The notes under the pieces are model-generated. The model was not told the DNA's origin. It was given only the letters and a program-made list of their open reading frames with translations, and did no database searches. Positions 57,809-64,000 of a stretch of 64,000 nucleotides of DNA are shown one piece after another (position 1 is the first letter of the stretch; every line of letters starts with the position of its first letter). Source of the stretch: an uncultured Lentisphaeria bacterium (lineage in GTDB: Bacteria > Fidelibacterota > UBA8477 > JABMPR01); NCBI GenBank assembly GCA_964454335.1, contig CAYVVT010000017.1, forward strand, positions 1,770-65,769. The letters are read 5' to 3'. Made by a program: the position numbers and the translations under genes.

Positions 57809-58582
57809 GTGTGGGGACGCCCTGTAGTGAATAAGAAGCGCAGCAGACTTGAAAATACAGAATTCAACCGCAATGGCGTTATTCCATTGTATTACCAGCT
57901 GCAGGAGGCCATCTCCGACTGGATTGCAGATGGCATTTTCAAGCCGCATGACCGCTTGCCGTCTGAGAACGAGCTCCGTGACCAGTACGGGGTCAGCCGA
58001 AATACTGCCCAGAAAGCGCTCAAGGCCCTGGTTGACAAGGGCAGTGCCTACCGTGTCCAGGGCCGGGGGACATTCGTGGCCGACAGACCCATCACCTACA
58101 GCATCACCGCCAAGCTGAGCTTTTCCTCGGAGATCATCGGGCTCACCAAAGAGACCCGCAGCGTATTGACCTTCTCCCGGATCCAGAAAGCTTCAGTGCA
58201 CATCGCCAGGATCCTGGAGATCGCTGAGGATGAGGCGGTCACCACCATCCAGCGTGTTCGTTATGTAGACGAGATCCCCGCCGCTTTGATGACCTCCTAT
58301 CTACCTGATCGGCTCGTACCGGGTCTATTGGACATTCTGAAAGGGGGTAACTCACTCTTTCAGACGATCAAGACAGAATTCGGTCTGGAGGTGGTCTCCG
58401 GCCATGAGACCCTGCAGTCCGTACACGCCGATGAGTACGAAGCCGGTCAATTGGGCATCCAGGAGGGGGACGCGGTCTTTCTGCTGGAGCGCGTCAGCAA
58501 GACAGCAGATGGCAGGGTCCTGGAATTGGCTCGGACTGTGTTGCGGGGAGATATCAGCAAGTTCTCGGTTGAACTCTCCTAG
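57809..58582 (+). CDS. GntR-family transcriptional regulator (HutC subfamily, UTRA effector domain)
   Basis: 257 aa with the N-terminal wHTH (LPSENELRDQYGVSRNTAQKALKALVDKG) and a C-terminal UTRA-like domain. Confidence 0.85.
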   Translation: MWGRPVVNKKRSRLENTEFNRNGVIPLYYQLQEAISDWIADGIFKPHDRLPSENELRDQYGVSRNTAQKALKALVDKGSAYRVQGRGTFVADRPITYSITAKLSFSSEIIGLTKETRSVLTFSRIQKASVHIARILEIAEDEAVTTIQRVRYVDEIPAALMTSYLPDRLVPGLLDILKGGNSLFQTIKTEFGLEVVSGHETLQSVHADEYEAGQLGIQEGDAVFLLERVSKTADGRVLELARTVLRGDISKFSVELS

Positions 58583-58809
58583 ACCATTCACTTTATCTTC
58601 ACGATGCCCTTTTCATATCTCCTTGTTTGCAGCGCATACCTGTAAGCTGTGAGCACCTGATTGTCAGCACAAGATGACATCTGGGTAATTGAGTACATTT
58701 CGATCACTAATTCATAAGTGCATGAATAACAGTTGGATAAGCCCATTTTCAGCTTCCCGGTACAATAATTGCGCTAATCACATGTAGACTCAAAGGAGGA
58801 TATAGGTCA

Positions 58810-59220
58810 GTGGGTAACCGATATCAAAAGAGTAACCGTGGGTCTACCATGGTTGAGTTCGCCATCCTGGTGGTTGTGATCAGCGCCTTTACCCTGATCA
58901 TCCTGCCACTCCGGGCCAGCAGTCTCCATCGTCAGAAGATCGCCGAAGCAGACGCCTCACTGGCGTGTATCCGCACTCAGCTGAACGCCTATTACGGCGC
59001 CAACGGGAGCTATCCCATGCAGCTGCAGAACGGTTATGTCATCGGAGCGTACTGGAATGATATGACTGACGGTGCACTGGAGGGACGTCACTTTGGTGAT
59101 ACTTCCTATGTCTATTATGGACACCCTAATGGGAAGATGTTCAAACTCACCTGTAGAAGTGTCGATTTCACCGGCTCGGATCGGATATTGGATGAATCGG
59201 GGACATATACTTTTGAGTAG
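58810..59220 (+). CDS. pilin-like protein, paralog of the pilin at 101..511, with non-canonical prepilin leader
   Basis: A GTG start at 58810 sits 8 nt downstream of the SD AAAGGAGGA. The N-terminus reads ...NRG|STMVEFAILVVVIS, with Gly-1 and Glu+5 but Ser+1. The C-terminal domain is clearly homologous to the first pilin (IRTQLNAYYGANGSYP; GYVIGAYWND; LTCRS...GSDRILDESG). Confidence 0.7.
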   Translation: MGNRYQKSNRGSTMVEFAILVVVISAFTLIILPLRASSLHRQKIAEADASLACIRTQLNAYYGANGSYPMQLQNGYVIGAYWNDMTDGALEGRHFGDTSYVYYGHPNGKMFKLTCRSVDFTGSDRILDESGTYTFE

Positions 59221-59328
59221 CTGGTCCACGACATATCAAAGGATTTGAATTAAGCCCTGAAAACGGGTGAAAGCCCCCCAGTTTTTTTGTCCTCCAGTTT
59301 ATCCCAGTATGAATAATTCCATTGGGTA

Positions 59329-59403
59329 GTCATCCTGAGCTTGTCCCCGCCTGCCATGAAGCGGGCAGGGAAGGGTGACCTGCCTGTTGCGCGATCAGAT
59401 GAC
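59329..59403. repeat. REP-like palindromic element, copy 2 (GTCATCCTGAGCTTG ... CCTGCC-atgaa-GCGGGCAGG ... GATGAC)
   Basis: This is the same 5' motif and CCTGCC/GGCAGG palindrome as at 38048-38088. It sits in the convergent intergenic region between the pilin paralog and hupE-like genes. Confidence 0.5.
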
Positions 59404-59431
59404 GTCCCCGCAAGAGATCGGGATAAAATGA

Positions 59432-60145
59432 TCACAATCCAAGGAACTGAATGGATACCCCGCAAAGCAGGATGGTGAAACCTGCAATGGCGTGTGTGAA
59501 CCGCTCCAGTTTCCTCGTGGGAACCAGACTGAGTCCGAACCTGGACATGAGTACGATCACCAGCATGGTGCCGATGGTAGCCAGGGCAAAGACCAGGGTC
59601 ACCAGCAGGAGACCGGCGGTGCTACCGGAAGCGGCGGGGTACATGAGTAGCGGGACCAGGGATTCACAGGGGCCAAAAACAAAAATGATGAAGAGCGCCC
59701 AGGGGGAGAACAGTTTGCGTCCTTTGACCTGATGGATGTGGCCATGGTCATCGTCATGGTGATGGAAATGTTCATGCTCGGTCCCACCTACATGCAGATG
59801 GTTATGGGTATGGGGCCGATTCTTGAACGCATGACGGAGCCCCCAGAGCATGTACAACAGTCCGAATATCATGAGCAGCCAGGCGGCAATATCCCCACGG
59901 ATCGATTCAAACATTTCCAGACGGGAAAGCGCCAAACCAAGCGAGATCCCGAGGAGACCCAGGACGATGGAACCAAGGACATGGCCGACACCGCACGCAA
60001 CGGTGATGAGCGTGGTACGGGTGATGGACCAGCGTTTGGATCTTGACATCACGATGAAGGGGAGGTAGTGATCCGGTCCCAGCACTGTATGGATGAAACC
60101 GATTGAAGCTGCTGTGGCCAGAAGAGCTGTGAGATTTGTTTCCAT
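59432..60145 (-). CDS. HupE/UreJ-family transition-metal (Ni/Co-type) transporter with His-rich loop
   Basis: 237 aa with the family signature GFIHTVLGPDHY (HPxxGxDH-like) in TM1. It has 6 predicted transmembrane helices. The central loop HTHNHLHVGGTEHEHFHHHDDDHGHIH is a metal-binding His cluster. Confidence 0.75.
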   Translation of the reverse strand: METNLTALLATAASIGFIHTVLGPDHYLPFIVMSRSKRWSITRTTLITVACGVGHVLGSIVLGLLGISLGLALSRLEMFESIRGDIAAWLLMIFGLLYMLWGLRHAFKNRPHTHNHLHVGGTEHEHFHHHDDDHGHIHQVKGRKLFSPWALFIIFVFGPCESLVPLLMYPAASGSTAGLLLVTLVFALATIGTMLVIVLMSRFGLSLVPTRKLERFTHAIAGFTILLCGVSIQFLGL

Positions 60146-60230
60146 GCGTCATTGACTCCGTGTTACAGGTGCTAAGCAATATACAATAGGTATGCCGCTA
60201 TCAAACCTGGTGGTTGGATCAAGGTGCATT

Positions 60231-60352
60231 CATTGCGAGGAGTTGGGAACAGGCTTTGACTGTTCCCAACAACGAAGCAATCCACAACGCTAACTCGCTA
60301 GCTTAATGCTAGAGCTTGCTTCGTCGACCACTACGTTGGTTTCCTCGCAATG
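60231..60352 (-). ncRNA. candidate structured cis-element in the hupE-like 5' leader: outer 11-bp stem enclosing a three-way junction; contains conserved module GGATTGCTTCGTT-hairpin-CCTCGCAATG
   Basis: On the + strand the element reads cattgcgagga-[gttgggaacag gctttga ctgttcccaac]-aacgaagcaatcc ... [gctagc ttaat gctag] ... cttgcttcg ... tcctcgcaatg. In minus-strand sense the core module matches 62931-62984, with compensatory changes in the hairpin. Confidence 0.45.
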
Positions 60353-60480
60353 ACCCTGGATGGACGCACAATGAGTACCTGCTACCAGATTGTGATCAGG
60401 ATCATTCTCCTATTGTGATCTCTCTTCTCATCAATATAACTTAGCTATTGGAAAACTTTCAGTCAGGGAAGGTGGAGCCC

Positions 60481-61590
60481 ATGGATATCAAAGACCTCAC
60501 CATCGGTATCGAGGAAGAGTACCAGATCATCGATCCGGAAAGCCGGGAACTCACCTCTTACATCTCTGAGATCCTGGAGAAGGGCGCCACATTATTCAGA
60601 GACCAGGTACAGCCTGAGAACCTGCAGTCCCAGGTGGAATCCGTGAGTCATGTCTGTCGTAATCTCCGGGAAGCCCGGCAGGAGATCACCCGTTTACGGA
60701 GCATCGTCATCGACACGGCGGAGAAGAACGGACGCAAGATCGCTGCAGCCGGAACACATCCGTTCTCCCACTGGAAGGATCAGGTCATCACCGACAAGGA
60801 CCGCTACAAGAGCGTCACTGCTGATTTCAAGATACTGGCCCAACGCTTACTGATCTTTGGCACTCATTTCCATATCGGGATCCCGGATCGTGAATTACGC
60901 ATCGATATCATGCGTCAAATGACCTACGTGGTGCCGCATCTCCTGGCCCTCTCCACCTCCTCGCCATTCTGGATGGGGCGGGAGACAGGTTTGAAATCCT
61001 ATCGCAGCGTTGTTTTCGAGGACCTCCCCAGGACAGGTCTGCCTGAGTATTTCAATTCTTACCAGGAGTATAAACAGTATGTCAAGACCATGATCCACAC
61101 AGGCTGTATCGATGAAGCCACCAAGATCTGGTGGGACATCAGGCCTCATCCGAATTATCCCACGCTGGAATTCAGGATTTGTGACGGTATAACCAAAATC
61201 GATGAGGTCATTGCCATTGCCGCATTGATCCAGGCCCTGGTAGCCAAGTTCATCCAGCTGCGTCAGAACAACCAGAGTTGGCGGATCTATCGTCGTGGTC
61301 TCATCGCTGAGAACAAGTGGCGGGCCATGCGTGATGGCCTGGACTGCAAGCTCATCGATTTCGGCAAGGAAGAGGAGATCCCGGTGCGCTTCCTCTGGGA
61401 AGAGGTCCTCAACGAGCTCATACCGGACGTGGTGGGGGAGCTGGGTATCGATGAAGAGATCGAATATGTCCACACCATGCTGAAACAGGGCAGCAGTGCC
61501 GACCGTCAACTCATACGCTTCAAGGAAACTGACAGCCTGGAGGCGGTGGTAGATCTGCTCATCGAGGAGACGGTGGAGGGTTGCTATTAG
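60481..61590 (+). CDS. carboxylate-amine ligase, glutamate-cysteine ligase family 2 (GCS2/YbdK-like)
   Basis: The start is taken at MDIKDLTIGIEEEYQIID (ATG 60481). The conserved GCS2 N-terminus and internal motifs (FGTHFHIG; EFRICD) are present. Confidence 0.85.
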   Translation: MDIKDLTIGIEEEYQIIDPESRELTSYISEILEKGATLFRDQVQPENLQSQVESVSHVCRNLREARQEITRLRSIVIDTAEKNGRKIAAAGTHPFSHWKDQVITDKDRYKSVTADFKILAQRLLIFGTHFHIGIPDRELRIDIMRQMTYVVPHLLALSTSSPFWMGRETGLKSYRSVVFEDLPRTGLPEYFNSYQEYKQYVKTMIHTGCIDEATKIWWDIRPHPNYPTLEFRICDGITKIDEVIAIAALIQALVAKFIQLRQNNQSWRIYRRGLIAENKWRAMRDGLDCKLIDFGKEEEIPVRFLWEEVLNELIPDVVGELGIDEEIEYVHTMLKQGSSADRQLIRFKETDSLEAVVDLLIEETVEGCY

Positions 61591-61655
61591 CCTTAACCTT
61601 CGCTCTCCATATATACAGAACGGCTGCCTCGACAGCCGTTTCTCATTTTTACTGT

Positions 61656-62792
61656 CTAAGTTTCCTCAGGGGCAGTTTGCGGTGTAAGCATCTCGTAATT
61701 GAAATTCCGTATGTATTCGACCATGTAGTCGTTCACCTTGCGAATGACCTCGTCATCCACATTGTGCTTGTTGGCCACATATTCACGCTGCGCGTCCACA
61801 TGAGCCTGGAATGCCGGTCGAGTCTGATCTATTCCATTGAGATTGAGTTGACCATAGATCCGTTCCATGATCTCCATGGGCTGTTGGATGAATTCCTCGT
61901 ATCGGATCTCCACCAGATTCTCTGAAGGAATGAGGTGCTTGTCCTGTTCCCAGAGCTCGTACATCTCACGGTAATCCCTGAGGATGTTTTGCTGCATATC
62001 TTCGTCGTCCCAGGTCTGCAGGGTGTAGATAGCGAAGACCTCCCTGAAGAACTTCACCGTTGACAGGAAGACCTCATATGGATTGCGGTAGATGTGGATC
62101 CACTTGGCATTGGGATATTTCTTAAGCAGGTAGGGGATGCGGTAGGTGCTGGTTGGATTCTTCAGGAACATGCGTTTGCCCTGGTACTTGATGGTCATTT
62201 TCTGCAGGAAGTAGTGGAATCCTCGCCACCAGCGGTCGATCTCGCCGGGTTTGCACTCCCGGAAGGAACAGTATTTCGAATACTGGCGAAAGTTCCGTGG
62301 GAAGATGAAGCCATTGTAATAGCCGTATTTGTCCATGGCACCTGTGGCGTATTCTTCTTCAGTCGGTTCGGCAATCCCCATTTCCACGTTATCCATGGGC
62401 CGTTGTTCCGGTAGTGACAGGCCGATGATCCAATCTGTGATCTTCGGCGATCCCAGGAACACATGCGGCAGATATGCTTCCACGTTCGAGACATAGCCCT
62501 TGGTCTTATCCTTTGAAAGGAGTGTGAGCAAGTAGGTCGTGCCGGTCCGATAGTGACCCACGATGAATACGGGATCCTTTTCGATCACAGTGGCTTTGAT
62601 CCTGCGATGCAGCAGAAGGTATTCCTTGATGCGCAGGGGCAGGAACAGGGTACTCATGATGATGGTGTAGAGCAGTCGAGGCAGGTACTTGATGTGCATG
62701 CGGAATCGGTTCTGCCAGAGTACGCGGACGATGTTGGTCCATGAATAGCCGGCCAGGGGCTCTTCCCAGAATACGAAGTCAGTTTTGTTCAT
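61656..62792 (-). CDS. sulfotransferase-family protein
   Basis: 378 aa with the 5'-PSB-like P-loop IVGHYRTGTTYLLTLL and a 3'-PB region. Its size and pattern are typical of bacterial sulfotransferase-domain proteins. Confidence 0.7.
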   Translation of the reverse strand: MNKTDFVFWEEPLAGYSWTNIVRVLWQNRFRMHIKYLPRLLYTIIMSTLFLPLRIKEYLLLHRRIKATVIEKDPVFIVGHYRTGTTYLLTLLSKDKTKGYVSNVEAYLPHVFLGSPKITDWIIGLSLPEQRPMDNVEMGIAEPTEEEYATGAMDKYGYYNGFIFPRNFRQYSKYCSFRECKPGEIDRWWRGFHYFLQKMTIKYQGKRMFLKNPTSTYRIPYLLKKYPNAKWIHIYRNPYEVFLSTVKFFREVFAIYTLQTWDDEDMQQNILRDYREMYELWEQDKHLIPSENLVEIRYEEFIQQPMEIMERIYGQLNLNGIDQTRPAFQAHVDAQREYVANKHNVDDEVIRKVNDYMVEYIRNFNYEMLTPQTAPEET

Positions 62793-62930
62793 CGAGGGGA
62801 ATCCTTAGACAATTTGCACAGGGTAGAGTGAGTGTGTTCATCAAGAACTGCAAAGATGAAAGGATGTCACAGGCAGGGCAAGATTTAATCTCAAACTGAG
62901 GCACAAGTTTGAATAAATGGAATTCTGAGC

Positions 62931-63102
62931 GGATTGCTTCGTTCTCAGAACATGCCATCGACATGTTCTGAGGCCTCGCAATGACATTCAAATGGACATG
63001 TTGTGCACTTACTGGAAAACTAAAGGTTGATGGGCAAGGCACGCAGGCTTCGACAGTCCTCGGTCAATGCGAGGGCTGTGTTGCACACAGCTCGAAGCAA
63101 CC
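62931..63102 (+). ncRNA. second copy of the structured module (GGATTGCTTCGTT-hairpin-GCCTCGCAATGA) plus a downstream CGAAGC/GCTTCG-bracketed hairpin region, in the 5' leader of the DUF2341-like gene
   Basis: The region 62931-62984 reads ggattgcttcgtt-[ctcagaacatg ccatcga catgttctgag]-gcctcgcaatga. The flanks are identical to the 60231-60352 element, and the 11-bp stem and 7-nt loop differ but stay base-paired. From 63050 to 63102, gcttcg...cctcg-gtcaatg-cgagg...ctcgaagcaa pairs back to ttgcttcg. Confidence 0.45.
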
Positions 63103-63241
63103 CACTCAGCTCACCCTTGTAACTCCCTCTCCCGTATCACGAATCGCGATCTGCGATCCGCGATTCACGAACTGTGATTTTACGCATAGATTTCTTGTAA
63201 CTTCTCCCTACAATACTTAGTTGTGCTAATGGTGTTGAGTC

Positions 63242-64000
63242 ATGATCGGTATGAAACGTCATAGATCGCCTTTTTCAAGAACCGCAGGGATAGCGGTTCT
63301 GCTGCTATCCTTCACAGCCGGCCTGGTGGCTCAGCCGACCGGATATGCCTATCGAAAATTGATCAGGCTGAATGCCAGTCAGATAAGCGGTAGTACCGCA
63401 CATACGGATTTCCCAGTCCTTATCTCCCTGATTCATGATGATCTGCGCACGGAAGTCAATGGTGGTGGGATGGAAAATCCCAGTGGCTATGATATCACAT
63501 TCACACTTGATGATGGATCCTCGCTGCTTGATCATGAACTGCAAAGTTATACGGCGTCTACGGGGGAGCTGATCTGCTGGGTACGGATCTCCAGTCTGTC
63601 GCCGAGTGCTGATACGGATATCTATCTCTATTTCGGCAATCCGGATATATTCACCGACCAGTCGAGTACCGCCACCTGGAGCAGTGCCTTTCTCAGCGTC
63701 TGGCATCTGGATGATTTTCAGGATGCCACAGCAAATGCCCACACTCTTACCAATAACGGCACCGCCACCGGTTCCAGCGGGCAGATCGGTGCCGCCCGGT
63801 CATTTGCCGGTACGGGCGATGATCTAACGGATCCCACCGGCGGCACCTATCTGAACGGTTTCTCGGATCTGACCGTCTCCCTGTGGGCCAAGGCCGATGC
63901 GGTAGGCTCGGATCGCGGGTTGATATATGGGGATGATCCCAACGGGAATGACGACCGGCTCATGATCCGGCATGACGCCGCTGGTGGATCTGGTGGCGGA
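63242..64000 (+). CDS. secreted DUF2341 / concanavalin-A-like (LamG-type) domain protein, N-terminal part; the gene continues beyond the window end
   Basis: An ATG at 63242 is followed by a signal peptide (IAVLLLSFTAGLVAQ). An uninterrupted frame runs to 64000. The sequence pattern of DUF2341-type extracellular proteins is present (YRKLIRLNASQISGSTAHTDFPVLISL...). Confidence 0.65.
   Translation, partial: MIGMKRHRSPFSRTAGIAVLLLSFTAGLVAQPTGYAYRKLIRLNASQISGSTAHTDFPVLISLIHDDLRTEVNGGGMENPSGYDITFTLDDGSSLLDHELQSYTASTGELICWVRISSLSPSADTDIYLYFGNPDIFTDQSSTATWSSAFLSVWHLDDFQDATANAHTLTNNGTATGSSGQIGAARSFAGTGDDLTDPTGGTYLNGFSDLTVSLWAKADAVGSDRGLIYGDDPNGNDDRLMIRHDAAGGSGGG

Noticed and set aside
60391-60420. 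Direct repeat attgtgatc-N13-attgtgatc just upstream of the GCS2 gene
   Set aside because: It is short and could be chance or part of a -35/-10 region. There is not enough evidence to call a regulatory site.

Overview
This 64 kb window looks like a core chromosomal segment of a Gram-negative, uncultivated-type bacterium. GC is about 55%, Shine-Dalgarno sites are used, and many outer-membrane proteins end in a C-terminal Phe. From 5' to 3' it carries: (i) a pilin/pilus-assembly module on the minus strand, with a partial prepilin-type gene, a pilin, a PilC/GspF-family platform protein, a PilB/GspE-family ATPase and an orphan sigma-54 (NtrC/PilR-type) response regulator. (ii) A complete suf Fe-S cluster operon, sufB-sufC-sufD-sufS-sufU-DUF59-Rrf2 regulator. 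(iii) Housekeeping and accessory genes: a gamma-carbonic-anhydrase-like hexapeptide protein, thymidine phosphorylase, a flavin reductase, a MarR regulator, a NUDIX hydrolase, a TonB-dependent receptor-like protein, two tandem PPK2 polyphosphate kinases, envelope proteins, an LpxH-like phosphoesterase, a 1043-aa three-domain outer-membrane protein, mlaE, radA, tgt, sfsA, dapF, a mannose-1-P guanylyltransferase, a GAF-PP2C phosphatase and an EF-G paralog. (iv) A tRNA-Asn flanked by decayed tRNA-Asn copies, followed by a lower-GC island with a DHFR-like gene, a LicD-family gene and a PAS/GAF sensor. (v) A GntR-flanked scavenging locus: a BtuF-like binding protein, a PurM-like protein, an ADP-ribosylglycohydrolase, two TonB-dependent receptors, a beta-propeller lipoprotein, adenosylhomocysteinase, a NupC-type nucleoside transporter and a metallophosphoesterase. 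(vi) A second, orphan pilin paralog, a HupE/UreJ metal transporter, a GCS2 carboxylate-amine ligase, a sulfotransferase and the start of a DUF2341/LamG-like secreted protein. No transposase, integrase, CRISPR array or rRNA gene is visible. Several small non-coding repeat families were seen by eye. They are heptamer tandem arrays (TTGAAAY; GATTGAG), a REP-like palindrome (GTCATSCTGAGCTTG...CCTGCC...GGCAGG), and a structured module (GGATTGCTTCGTT - hairpin - CCTCGCAATG) present in two 5' leaders with fully compensatory stem changes. The last of these is the best candidate for something undescribed.
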